NCBI GenBank assembly: GCA_016176405.1
Contig: JACOXG010000028.1
Location: forward strand, 1-53,158
DNA from: Candidatus Daviesbacteria bacterium
Lineage (GTDB): Bacteria > Patescibacteriota > Microgenomatia > Daviesbacterales > UBA10151
Length of the DNA: 53,158 bases
Reading direction: 5' to 3'
Shown: in pieces, positions 1 to 9,396 of the stretch
How the letters are laid out: each line of letters starts with the position of its first letter
Numbering within the stretch: position 1 is the stretch's first letter
Notes under the pieces: generated by a model
The model's input: the letters and a program-made list of their open reading frames with translations, nothing else
What the model was told of the DNA's origin: nothing
The model's database searches: none
Made by a program: the position numbers and the translations under genes

Positions 1-70
1 AAATTAATACTTTCCCAAAAGCAAACTAAACCTCAAATTTCCCAAGAAGCTCCTTTAGTAAGCTAATAAC

Positions 71-568
71 ATGCCCCTTTTAGAGATTAAAAAGTGGCCA
101 GGTCATGATTTGAGGCAACCTAGTTTGCCAATTCCTCCCTCAGTTATTGGAACAGGAGAAGTACAAGATCTTATTGAAGATATGAAAAGTTATGTTGATA
201 GAAATAGATATCAAATTGGGGGATTAGCAGCCAACCAATTAGGTTTTGATTATAAAATAGCTGTTGTAAATTTGGATCTTGATCTGCAAGAGATGATAAA
301 TCCAAGGTATGTAAAGTTATCAGAGCAAAAATTTTGGGGTTTCGAAGCTTGCTTAAGTTTTCCTCGTTTCTTTAGCTTTCCAGTTAGAAGAAGTAGAACA
401 ATTACCTTAAGGGCTTTCAATCGCTTCGGAAAAGAGATAGAACTTTCTTTTAATGGTAGAAGAGCTATTCGTGTACAACATGAAATGGATCATTTAAATG
501 GAATTTCTATCATAGATATAAGGAGGAGGGCAAGATTTTTAAGGGAAAATCAGGCAGCAATAATTTAG
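71..568 (+). CDS. def: Peptide deformylase, divergent copy
   Basis: Motifs GGLAANQ, EACLS and QHEMDHLNG match the three deformylase motifs with small deviations. Confidence 0.85.
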   Translation: MPLLEIKKWPGHDLRQPSLPIPPSVIGTGEVQDLIEDMKSYVDRNRYQIGGLAANQLGFDYKIAVVNLDLDLQEMINPRYVKLSEQKFWGFEACLSFPRFFSFPVRRSRTITLRAFNRFGKEIELSFNGRRAIRVQHEMDHLNGISIIDIRRRARFLRENQAAII

Positions 569-1956
569 GAAGTATACTTTTTATCAAAATCTTCGTGATT
601 TAGTATTTCTCTAACAATTACAGTATGAGGATAGACCTTTCTATCCAGATAGAAAACAACTCTTAAGTGAGGTGATGCCTCATGTTGAAAAGAAATTCTT
701 TGATCAGCTCTGTAGCGTCTGAGTGGCAATTTTCTCTGACCGTCTTCAGAAGTTATTTCCATAGCTGTCAGTTTGCCGATACCGAACCCAAAAGGGTCTC
801 TAATTAAACTATCCAAGATTTCGGTTATATCCTCTTTCATTCTTTGATCATGATTGGCAATCTGATGAACGGTTCTCTCAATGTAGGCTTGCTTTTCCTC
901 CTCTCCCAGCACGCCCCGACCATCTAATGCCAACTGATATGGAACTCTTTCCATCACCTGTAGTTCTCCTTTAAATTTTGGATCTGGAGTTAGGGTTGTT
1001 TCTCTTACGCCTTGGCCCCCCTTTTTCTTTGTTGTTTGCTTAAAGCGCAGTTCCACACTGGGGGGTGGGACGGCTCTATAATCAGTTAATAAATTATGCA
1101 CCCGGGTCACCTCAGTAGCTAAAGGTCTTCTCAAAAAGTCAGTGAATAATTTTTTTAAATCAGCGGGAAAACTACCAGATCCTCGAATCCTTTGCATAAT
1201 TGTTTCAGGATCTAAGTCGCCACTTGGATAAGATAGGACTTGAAGCCATTGTAGCAACACTTCAGTAGAGTTTCTACTTTGTCTATTTTCTTGTAAATTC
1301 ATGATAAATCTTTGAAAGAGTTGATCGGGCGGATCAGAAGATTGTAGCGTGACAATATCTCTTGCAGTTTCCTCTAATAAATTAGGACCTTTTCCGTGCA
1401 GTACCTGCAGGAATGGTTGATGTTCCTCCCTCAATGGTTTAAAATCATCCATCGATAAGAAATCTCCAAAATCCCAAAAAGAGTTGTAGTCACCGCCCAT
1501 AAAAGTCCTCCAAACTCCTATTGCTGTATTTGTTACATCCTGACGTTGACTAGTTAGATGTCTAACAGCTTTTCGATATTCGGATCTATGTTCAGAAAGT
1601 TTCTTAAACACTTCTAACAAAGGTGGACGCAGTGTGGGCGGTACCCCATTTAACATCTGTTTAGCAAAGTTTTCACTCGTGTCAGGATTTACAGTGTCAG
1701 CATAAAGGCTGTGTCTGAATTGGTTCCTAAATAGTTCCCGTTCTTGTGGATAAAAAGGTCTTTCAGCAAACTTGCTATCTTCTATCACACCACAATATCC
1801 ATCTACAAAATGATCAGTAGCTCCTGAGCTTTGCCACTCCAATCTTTCTGTTTCTATCTCAGCTTCTAAATCATTAAGTTGTCCAAGCTCGCCTCTAGCT
1901 TGATATAGAAACTCGGTAGCAAATCTATTAGTAGTTGGTACTTCTGCTTTTGCCAT
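565..1956 (-). CDS. Hypothetical helical protein with a possible C-terminal RelE/ParE/HigB-fold domain
   Basis: Long ORF, probable start MAKAEV at 1956; C-terminus LRVVFYLD...VIVREILNHEDFDK resembles RelE/HigB-family ends; visibly more GC-rich than neighbours. Confidence 0.55.
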   Translation of the reverse strand: MAKAEVPTTNRFATEFLYQARGELGQLNDLEAEIETERLEWQSSGATDHFVDGYCGVIEDSKFAERPFYPQERELFRNQFRHSLYADTVNPDTSENFAKQMLNGVPPTLRPPLLEVFKKLSEHRSEYRKAVRHLTSQRQDVTNTAIGVWRTFMGGDYNSFWDFGDFLSMDDFKPLREEHQPFLQVLHGKGPNLLEETARDIVTLQSSDPPDQLFQRFIMNLQENRQSRNSTEVLLQWLQVLSYPSGDLDPETIMQRIRGSGSFPADLKKLFTDFLRRPLATEVTRVHNLLTDYRAVPPPSVELRFKQTTKKKGGQGVRETTLTPDPKFKGELQVMERVPYQLALDGRGVLGEEEKQAYIERTVHQIANHDQRMKEDITEILDSLIRDPFGFGIGKLTAMEITSEDGQRKLPLRRYRADQRISFQHEASPHLRVVFYLDRKVYPHTVIVREILNHEDFDKKYTS

Positions 1957-1987
1957 TGGTATTTTATACTTCAAAAAGCATATACAG

Positions 1988-2812
1988 TCAAATGATTTTG
2001 GGAAATTCAGGGTAACCATTTAGGAAGTCTTTTAAGGATAAAGGTCTTTTGCCCTCCATTTGAAGGAAATAATGAGATTCTTCGCTGCGCTCAGAATGAC
2101 GAGGGGAGGGTAAAAACTTGACAATTTTTCCCTTCCATTTAGTCCAAACTCCTGGCCAAGGATAGTAGGCCCTGATCATTCTATCCAATTTTTCAAAAGA
2201 TGGGGGATTGCTAATATCGAAATAGCCATCTTTTTTAGAAAATCTTTTAGTATGGGTAGCTTTTGAATGATCCTGCTGTCTAGGTTTTGTAGAGCCCTCT
2301 AAGTACCCCTTAATCACTTCAACTAAAAGCTGTCCTCCAATTTCATTTAATTTAGTAAGCAGGGAATCACTAGTTTCATCTGGGGTAAGTTTATATTCTT
2401 TTTGAGCTAATATATCCCCAGCATCAACTTCCTCCGTCATTCTAATAATAGTGACTCCAGAAATTTTTTCTCCAGCCAAAATAGCGGATGGAGCAGGGGA
2501 AGGGCCTCGATATTTTGGTAAAAGGGAATGATGGATATTTAGAGCAGCATATTTTGGTAAATCCAAAATTTCTTGAGGCAGGATGAAACCATAGTCTTCT
2601 ACGATCAAAAAATCCGGTTTTAGACTAGCTACTTCCTCAATTACCTTTTCATCCAATCTATTTGTTTCTAAGACATCAATTTTTAGCTGGTTGGCTAAAT
2701 GTTCCACTGGAGAGCCTGGAATAGTTACAAATAACGAAATAGGATAGGCCTTATTGATAATCTTTGCTCCAATTATTGAATACTTTGTGTTTCCAAAAAA
2801 AACTATGGTCAT
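1988..2812 (-). CDS. fmt: Methionyl-tRNA formyltransferase
   Basis: IVFFG, NIHHSLLPKYRGPSP, DAGDIL and IRAYYPWPG motifs; follows def. Confidence 0.95.
   Translation of the reverse strand: MTIVFFGNTKYSIIGAKIINKAYPISLFVTIPGSPVEHLANQLKIDVLETNRLDEKVIEEVASLKPDFLIVEDYGFILPQEILDLPKYAALNIHHSLLPKYRGPSPAPSAILAGEKISGVTIIRMTEEVDAGDILAQKEYKLTPDETSDSLLTKLNEIGGQLLVEVIKGYLEGSTKPRQQDHSKATHTKRFSKKDGYFDISNPPSFEKLDRMIRAYYPWPGVWTKWKGKIVKFLPSPRHSERSEESHYFLQMEGKRPLSLKDFLNGYPEFPKII
2074..2100. repeat. REP-like hairpin inserted in frame in fmt (peptide RHSERSEESH)
   Basis: GAGATTCTTCGCTGCGCTCAGAATGAC; same family as 22318, 43063, 50537 and 50744. Confidence 0.8.
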
Positions 2813-3280
2813 GGCAGGGTGATTTCTTCAAAAATGTCTGCTCCGGCTTTATCTTTACCAGTAAATTTATAAAATTTGCCTTTTTGTTCTAAAACTCTGT
2901 CTTGAAATAGAGTACCATTTAAATGATCAATTTCATGCTGAAAAATCCAGGCAGGGATGCCTCTTAGGGTGGCGGTGATAGTTTTTCCCTCTTTGTCCCG
3001 ATAGGAAACCTTAATTGTGGTATACCTTTTGACTTCACCCCAAATATTAGGTGTTGACAGACAGCCTTCAAAATATCTTTTGGTCCGTTTACCAAATGAT
3101 AAGATTTTCGGATTAATCACCTTAATAAATCTCCCTCCATCTTTGGCCACAAAAAATGCTTCATCCAAACCTATTCAGCTTAATCATTTGCTGTAATGTT
3201 TGCAATAAAGCAGGGTTAATTTTTTTGACTTGTTTAGTTTGAATCCTCAGTCTAGGATCCGGAGCCTTAATGACTTCCAT
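2809..3280 (-). pseudogene. def: Peptide deformylase, frameshifted by an internal deletion (possibly assembly artefact)
   Basis: N-terminus MEVIKAPDPRLR from ATG 3280 is out of frame with EGCLS/QHEIDHLNG; motif 1 (GxGLAxxQ) is missing at the junction near 3175. Confidence 0.8.
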
Positions 3281-3297
3281 GAGGAGATTGTAGCAGA

Positions 3298-3561
3298 TTA
3301 CGGGGCCTTTCGCAGCTCAGTTAGCTTCCACATGAAGATCTTGGCTTTGGATTTGGCTCCATAGTAACCTTTAGTAAAGTTTAAAGCTTCTTCCAAAATT
3401 TTTCTATCCAAGTTTTTGGCCAACTTAATATAAAGTCCGTAATGTTTGGTATCATTTAGACTTTCCGCCAAATAAACTCCGTACATTTGAAATTCATGAG
3501 CAATATTTTTGGGTCTATCTTTAAATTTGGTTTCAGCAATGACTTTGGATATAGATTTCAC
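3298..3561 (-). CDS. Small basic hypothetical protein
   Basis: 87-aa ORF co-oriented and closely spaced with its neighbours. Confidence 0.7.
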   Translation of the reverse strand: MKSISKVIAETKFKDRPKNIAHEFQMYGVYLAESLNDTKHYGLYIKLAKNLDRKILEEALNFTKGYYGAKSKAKIFMWKLTELRKAP

Positions 3562-3572
3562 TTTTTTAGTCC

Positions 3573-5606
3573 TTATGGTTTGGCTGAAGTAGTGGCTTCT
3601 TGTAATGCTGTAATAGCCTCCAGATAATTGGGCTTAAGCTCTAAAGTTTTTTGTAAAAACTGGATAGACTCTTGCTTTTTATTAATAGAATCCAAAATTA
3701 AGGCCTTATTATAGTACAATTTTGGATCAGTGGGAGCCAGGGAAATGGCTTTATCCAAAGCGTTGATTGTCTTATCAGTATATTGCTGATCAATACCAGA
3801 TAATTCAAAATAAACTCTAATGGCAGTTCGCCAAAAAGAGACATTGTTAGGGCTACTTCGTAAAACTTTCTCAATTTCAAAAACAGCCTCATCTTTTAAA
3901 GAAGCAGACAAACTGGCATCAGTTTCCTGTAAAGCAGAGGCAGCTGCCGCAGCAGCCAAGCTTAGCTCTGATCTATAAAAAGGTTCACCTTGATTTAGCT
4001 GAGAGGCCAATGTTAAAGAATCGTAAGCTGTTCCAGCATTACCGCTATCCAGGGCATTTTGGCCCTTGGCAAAAATGGTATCAGCATACCAAAGCTTGAA
4101 GATGGAAAATAGTAAGTAGAGAGTAAGAAAAATGACTAAACCTTTGGCGATTTTGGTGTAAAGAGGTCGGCGGTAGATGATGGAAGTGAGAAGTGAGAAG
4201 TGAGAAGTGAGATTTTTGAAGTGAGAAGTGAGAGGTTTAGCAGAATCTGTGGCCACAAACGCCAAGGCTGGAAAGAGGTAGAAAAAGACGGCAATGATAA
4301 CTACTGAGAAAAGGAAGAAGTTATAAATAAGGAAGGAAAGGTAGGATGCAAGAGTGACTAGAGTCAAGAGTCTAGAATCTGGAAGCCCACTTGACTCTAG
4401 ACTCTTGCGACTAGACTCTATTATTTTTTTAATACTCCAAACTAAGAATGTTCCAATTACCAACATGTATGTCCCAAAGCCTAAAATTCCTGTTGTTGCT
4501 AAATAATTTAAATACTCATTGTGGGCCTTGTTATACAAAAAGTCCCATTCGGAAGTGAGATTATGCTCAGTGGGTCTAAATTGATAATAAGAATAGGCAA
4601 AAGTTTCTACTCCTGAGCCAAAAAGTGGGTAATGTTTAAAAATATCTAAGGCTCCTTGCCAAACAATCAGTCTAATTTGTCCTGATTCAGTACCCCCTTG
4701 CTCAAGTTGAGTTTGGGAAGTTAGGGAAATAGCTGGCCTAGGAGGAGGAGCAAATTGGGTGATTAATCTAAAAGAAGTTAAAGCAGAACCAAAAAGAAGA
4801 TTCATTGATAAGAAAGAAGCAACTAGTAGAACGATCAAACGCTGCTTGTACCCATGCCAGGTATGGGTTGAATAGACATACAGGGATAAAAATACTATTA
4901 AGCCACCAATCAATCCCAGTGTTGGTCCTCGGGAGTAGGTAAAAGTGAAAGCTAAGTAGTATACGATAAGTAATAGGTAATATGTGATACGTTGTCTTTG
5001 CTCAGTTGCTTTGAGGTAAAAATATAAAGCAGGAAAGATTAACATGGCCAAATATGCTGCTAGCCAGTTAGGTTGGCCCAAGGTAGCAAATACTCTAGCT
5101 TGAACATCTTGTACCCAACAGGAAGCATTAAAATCCCCTCTTAAAAGTACACAAGATAAGGAAACTCCAAAATGCTCAAAAATTGCCCAAACAGAAATTA
5201 TGGCCCCAGATATTAGTCCAACCTTTAAAGTAGTAAAGACCCTCTCCTTATCCATGTTTGAAACAAAGGCCCAATATAATAATAGGTAGGAAATAATAGA
5301 AAGTAGTCCCCCGTTAGAGCGGGAGTAATATCCCCAGATAGAGGTATGGGTATCTATAGAAAATATTGTGGAAAGTATATTAGCTGCCAGGAATAATAAT
5401 AGTGGGATGTCTAGAGGAGTGCGATTAAAAATCAATGATTTATGATTTATGATTTTTAGAAGCCATGCGCCCACAATAACAGTGGTAAATCCATAAGTTA
5501 AAATCATCTTGTTATATTCAAATAGTTCAAAATTTAAAGAGGTCCAAAAAAGAGACACCAGTAAAAAGAGCAGGTAGAAGGAATAAGTGATTATCCTATC
5601 AAGCAT
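3573..5606 (-). CDS. O-antigen ligase/polymerase (Wzy_C-like) membrane protein with C-terminal TPR repeats
   Basis: Multiple TM helices, TLGQPNWLA, TYSRG, GSGVETF and KAHNEYL motifs, TPR-like tail; probable start MLDRII. Confidence 0.85.
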   Translation of the reverse strand: MLDRIITYSFYLLFLLVSLFWTSLNFELFEYNKMILTYGFTTVIVGAWLLKIINHKSLIFNRTPLDIPLLLFLAANILSTIFSIDTHTSIWGYYSRSNGGLLSIISYLLLYWAFVSNMDKERVFTTLKVGLISGAIISVWAIFEHFGVSLSCVLLRGDFNASCWVQDVQARVFATLGQPNWLAAYLAMLIFPALYFYLKATEQRQRITYYLLLIVYYLAFTFTYSRGPTLGLIGGLIVFLSLYVYSTHTWHGYKQRLIVLLVASFLSMNLLFGSALTSFRLITQFAPPPRPAISLTSQTQLEQGGTESGQIRLIVWQGALDIFKHYPLFGSGVETFAYSYYQFRPTEHNLTSEWDFLYNKAHNEYLNYLATTGILGFGTYMLVIGTFLVWSIKKIIESSRKSLESSGLPDSRLLTLVTLASYLSFLIYNFFLFSVVIIAVFFYLFPALAFVATDSAKPLTSHFKNLTSHFSLLTSIIYRRPLYTKIAKGLVIFLTLYLLFSIFKLWYADTIFAKGQNALDSGNAGTAYDSLTLASQLNQGEPFYRSELSLAAAAAASALQETDASLSASLKDEAVFEIEKVLRSSPNNVSFWRTAIRVYFELSGIDQQYTDKTINALDKAISLAPTDPKLYYNKALILDSINKKQESIQFLQKTLELKPNYLEAITALQEATTSAKP
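4181..4233. repeat. 7-bp tandem array (GTGAGAA)n inside the O-antigen ligase gene
   Basis: ggaagtgagaagtgagaagtgagaagtgaga-tttttg-aagtgagaagtgaga; encodes LTSHFKNLTSHFSLLTS. Confidence 0.85.
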
Positions 5607-5665
5607 ACAGCAATCATACATAAAACTATTGTTTGGGAGCAATAGCATATGTTACACTCCTTTCC

Positions 5666-6730
5666 ATGTTTGATAAGATCTGGCAACTATTTGCTCATGA
5701 TGTGGGGATTGATTTGGGCACTGTCAATACCCTAGTTTTAGTCAAAGGTAAAGGGATTTTAATCAGAGAACCAACTGTGGTGGCTTTGCATAAAAAAACC
5801 CGCCAAATTTTGGCCATAGGATCTGAGGCCAAAAGAATGGTGGGTAGAACCCCGGCTGCTATAGAGGCAGTCCGCCCTTTACGAGATGGAGTTATTTCTG
5901 ATTTTGATACCTGCGAAGCCATGCTGCGTTATTTTATTCACAAAGTACATCAGACTCCTTCCAAGGGTAGCTTTTCCATGCCTAAAATTCCCAAACCCAG
6001 GGTGGTGGTGGGAATTCCCTCTGGTGTCACTGAAGTGGAGAGAAGGGCAGTTCAGGATGCTTGTTTGTCTGCCGGAGCCAGGGAGGCCTTTTTAATCGAA
6101 GAACCAATGGCTGCTGCAATTGGCTCAAAATTGCCAATTGAAAATCCGGAAGGGGTGATGATTGTGGATATTGGCGGAGGGACTACTGAGATTGCGGTAA
6201 TATCTTTAGGTGGGATGGTGATTTCTAAATCTTTAAGGATTGCCGGAGACGAGCTGGATGAGGATATTATCTCTTACATGAGGACCAGATATGGTCTGTT
6301 GATTGGGGAAAAAACAGCTGAGGATGTAAAAATTGAGATTGGTTCAGCTTTCCCCATTACTGATAAGGAAGAGATCTTTTCAGTCATTCGAGGCCGAGAC
6401 TTAGCCACTGGTTTACCAAAATCTATAAAAGTTGGTGCAGCAGAGATTAGAGAGGCCTTATCTCCCACCATTACTCAAATCATTCAAGCCATTCAGGAGG
6501 TGTTGGAAGAAACACCACCAGAACTTTTAACAGATATAGTGGAAAGGGGCATTTATTTGGCAGGTGGAGGAGCACTTCTTGGGGGTTTAGATAAAAGAAT
6601 TGCAGAGGAGACCAAAATACCTGTGTATGTTTCAGATGATCCGCTAACTACTGTAGTTAGAGGTTGCGGAGAAGTATTAAATAATCTGGATTTACTTGCT
6701 AAAGTTAGGGTAACTGGTGGGTTAAGGTAA
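5666..6730 (+). CDS. mreB: Rod shape-determining protein MreB
   Basis: GIDLGTVNT, RPLRDGVISDF, VDIGGGTTE and GGGALL motifs; probable start MFDKIW. Confidence 0.97.
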   Translation: MFDKIWQLFAHDVGIDLGTVNTLVLVKGKGILIREPTVVALHKKTRQILAIGSEAKRMVGRTPAAIEAVRPLRDGVISDFDTCEAMLRYFIHKVHQTPSKGSFSMPKIPKPRVVVGIPSGVTEVERRAVQDACLSAGAREAFLIEEPMAAAIGSKLPIENPEGVMIVDIGGGTTEIAVISLGGMVISKSLRIAGDELDEDIISYMRTRYGLLIGEKTAEDVKIEIGSAFPITDKEEIFSVIRGRDLATGLPKSIKVGAAEIREALSPTITQIIQAIQEVLEETPPELLTDIVERGIYLAGGGALLGGLDKRIAEETKIPVYVSDDPLTTVVRGCGEVLNNLDLLAKVRVTGGLR

Positions 6731-6750
6731 GTAGTGTTAGAATACTCCTA

Positions 6751-7887
6751 ATGCTTAAGACTCCTTTTTTAGAGCGAAGCTCGCAAAAAGGTTCGACTTC
6801 TGGAGAACCTTTTTATGATCCATTAAAATCTTATGAGGAGAATTATAAAGATGGTCCGTTTGGAGCCTTTGCAGATGGAGTTGATTTAAGAGTAAATGAA
6901 ACTCCAAAAATTAATTTTTTAGGATTTAAAATTAATACTCCTTTTGGAATCCCCTCTGGTCCGCTTTTAAATTCTAAATTCTGTAAGGCAGCTTTTGAAA
7001 AAGGATTTGATGTAATTCATTATAAAACCAGAAGGTCTGTTGCTTTTCCAACTAATGATTGGCCAAACGTTTTATCTGTAGAAATTGATGGGGATTTAAC
7101 TTTGGAAAGAGCAAAGAAGCCTTTGGTTGGAAGTACAAATTTTGATAAAGATCCTAAAAAACTAAGTATTACCAACTCATTTGGCAATCCTTCTCCAGAG
7201 CCACCATCAATTTGGCAAGAAGATATGAAAAAGGCTGCTGTAATAGCTGGGAGTGGACAGCTTTTAATTGCTTCAGTTGTAGGGACAATACAAAAAGGGT
7301 TCTCAGAAGAAGATTATTATGAGGATTTTGCAAAGGCCGCTCAGATGGCAAAGGATACAGGTGTAAAAGTTATTGAAGTTAACCTTTCTTGTCCCAATGT
7401 AGCAAGTGAGGGAATAGTTTGTTATTCAAAAAATGCTGTTTTGAGTATTTGTAAAAAAACAAAAGAGAAACTTGGTAAGACTCCTTTACTTATTAAATTA
7501 GGTTATTTTTCCTTAGATCAACAAGATCTATTAGAAGATATTATAAAAAATGTTCTCCCATATATTAATGGAATCTCCGCTATCAATACTCTGCCAGCAC
7601 CTGTTGTAGATAAAGAGGGTAAGCAAGTTCTTCCTGGACAAGGAAGATTAATTGCTGGAATTTGTGGAGCTTCTATTAAATGGGCAGGATTGGATATGGT
7701 AAAAAGATTAAAACAAATTAGAGAAAAGTTGGGAAAAGATTTTGCTATTTTAGGAGTGGGTGGAGTAATGACTCCTTATGATTTCTTTGAATATAGAAAC
7801 GCTGGAGCAGATGTTGTGCAATCATCCACAGGATCAATGTGGAATCCTAACTTAGCTTACGAAATAAAACAAAAGTTAACTGGATAA
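6751..7887 (+). CDS. pyrD: Dihydroorotate dehydrogenase-family flavoprotein
   Basis: EVNLSCPN, SAINT and GVGGV motifs; adjacent to pyrE and pyrF. Confidence 0.8.
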   Translation: MLKTPFLERSSQKGSTSGEPFYDPLKSYEENYKDGPFGAFADGVDLRVNETPKINFLGFKINTPFGIPSGPLLNSKFCKAAFEKGFDVIHYKTRRSVAFPTNDWPNVLSVEIDGDLTLERAKKPLVGSTNFDKDPKKLSITNSFGNPSPEPPSIWQEDMKKAAVIAGSGQLLIASVVGTIQKGFSEEDYYEDFAKAAQMAKDTGVKVIEVNLSCPNVASEGIVCYSKNAVLSICKKTKEKLGKTPLLIKLGYFSLDQQDLLEDIIKNVLPYINGISAINTLPAPVVDKEGKQVLPGQGRLIAGICGASIKWAGLDMVKRLKQIREKLGKDFAILGVGGVMTPYDFFEYRNAGADVVQSSTGSMWNPNLAYEIKQKLTG

Positions 7888-8598
7888 AGATAAATATTCC
7901 ATGGTTTGTTCATATTGGTTTTTGTTAATCTTCCCACTATCTAAGTAATATTTTAAAGTTGGTTTAAGCTGCATGGCGCTATAAACTTTATAACCTAATT
8001 TTTCTAACTCCTCAACTCCACCTTCTTGTCTATCAAATAAAACTAAAAGTGCTATTACTTTATAACCTAATTTCTCAGCAATTTTGAATGCCTCTATTTT
8101 AGAATTTCCTTTTGTAATTAAATCATCAATGATTAAAAGTTTTTTACCTTCTCCTTTGGGAGCATTTTTATTTTGGATAACAGATCTTTTTGCTTCGCCA
8201 TCTTCTTTGTCAAAAATTTCTACTTGGGGAATTTTAGTAATTTTGGAATAGGCTTCAGCAATAGGTAGTGCAGCCTTTGGTATTCCACTCAATACAGCTG
8301 GAGTTGGTTCAATTTTTATGCTGGCTAAAATTTTGGCAATAGCATCAACTAACTTCTGTGGTAAATTCCGAAGGTTAATATACATGGGAGAAAGGGGAGC
8401 AGCTGGATTTTTTTCATGATGTTTAAAAACAAACTCACCTGGATCTATCCGAAAATCAATTGGCCGGGTATTTCTTACGACAAGATAAAAAACAAAACTG
8501 CCATCTGAAAGTTGCTTTCTTCTCCTAACCTTGGCTTTTATTTTAGTATTCCAAAGTAAATCAGCCAATTTTTTTTGTGGCTCTGTTAAATCAGACAT
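7876..8598 (-). CDS. pyrE: Orotate phosphoribosyltransferase with N-terminal extension
   Basis: SPMYINLR, PRPP motif LIIDDLITKG, LFDRQEGG. Confidence 0.85.
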   Translation of the reverse strand: MSDLTEPQKKLADLLWNTKIKAKVRRRKQLSDGSFVFYLVVRNTRPIDFRIDPGEFVFKHHEKNPAAPLSPMYINLRNLPQKLVDAIAKILASIKIEPTPAVLSGIPKAALPIAEAYSKITKIPQVEIFDKEDGEAKRSVIQNKNAPKGEGKKLLIIDDLITKGNSKIEAFKIAEKLGYKVIALLVLFDRQEGGVEELEKLGYKVYSAMQLKPTLKYYLDSGKINKNQYEQTMEYLSLSS

Positions 8599-9355
8599 TT
8601 TTCAAAACTTCCTCAATTTCTTGATGCATTTTTAAAGTGGCTGCTCTGGGATCCTCAGAGAAGATGATGTCTCTTGAAGAGGAGATAATAATTCCTTGAC
8701 CGTGACTGTTTAAACCAGCTTGAATTGTGGATTTTACATTTCCACCTTGAGCTCCCACACCAGGAATTAAAATTGGCATATCTCCCACAATTTCTCTCAC
8801 CTTTTTTAACTGATCAGGATATGTTGCTCCTACTACCACCCCCAAATTATTATGAGAATTCCAACTGACCACATGTTCAGCAATTACTTGATACAGTGGT
8901 TTACCGCCAACTTCCAAGTCCTGAAACTCTCCTGCACCTGGATTGGATGTTTTTACTATGACAAAAATTCCTTTATCAGATCTTTCCAAAAATGGTTGCA
9001 GACTTTGTTGACCAAGATATGGAGATACAGTTACACCGTCAGCACCCAATTTATCAAATACCGCTTTGGCATATAAAGAATTAGTATTTTCAATATCTCC
9101 TCTTTTGGCATCCAAAATAATGAGAATATCTGGATATTTTTCCTTTATGTAAGTTATGGTTTTTTCTAAATCACTCCAACCATTTGTACCCGCCTCTTCA
9201 TAAAAGGCCGAATTTAATTTATAAGCGCAAACTAAATCAGCGGTTTGATCAATAATATTTTTATCAAATTCAAAATTACCTTTATCTAAACCAACACAGA
9301 CAAATTTTCCCTCAGACCATTTTCTTCCAATTTTATCCAAAAAAGAATTCATCAA
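8591..9355 (-). CDS. pyrF: Orotidine-5'-phosphate decarboxylase
   Basis: VCVGLD, LDAKRGDIENT, VVGATYP and PGVGAQGG motifs. Confidence 0.95.
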   Translation of the reverse strand: MMNSFLDKIGRKWSEGKFVCVGLDKGNFEFDKNIIDQTADLVCAYKLNSAFYEEAGTNGWSDLEKTITYIKEKYPDILIILDAKRGDIENTNSLYAKAVFDKLGADGVTVSPYLGQQSLQPFLERSDKGIFVIVKTSNPGAGEFQDLEVGGKPLYQVIAEHVVSWNSHNNLGVVVGATYPDQLKKVREIVGDMPILIPGVGAQGGNVKSTIQAGLNSHGQGIIISSSRDIIFSEDPRAATLKMHQEIEEVLKNV

Positions 9356-9396
9356 GTATTAAGATTCTACCAAAGTTATGGTATATTGGTCCAGCG

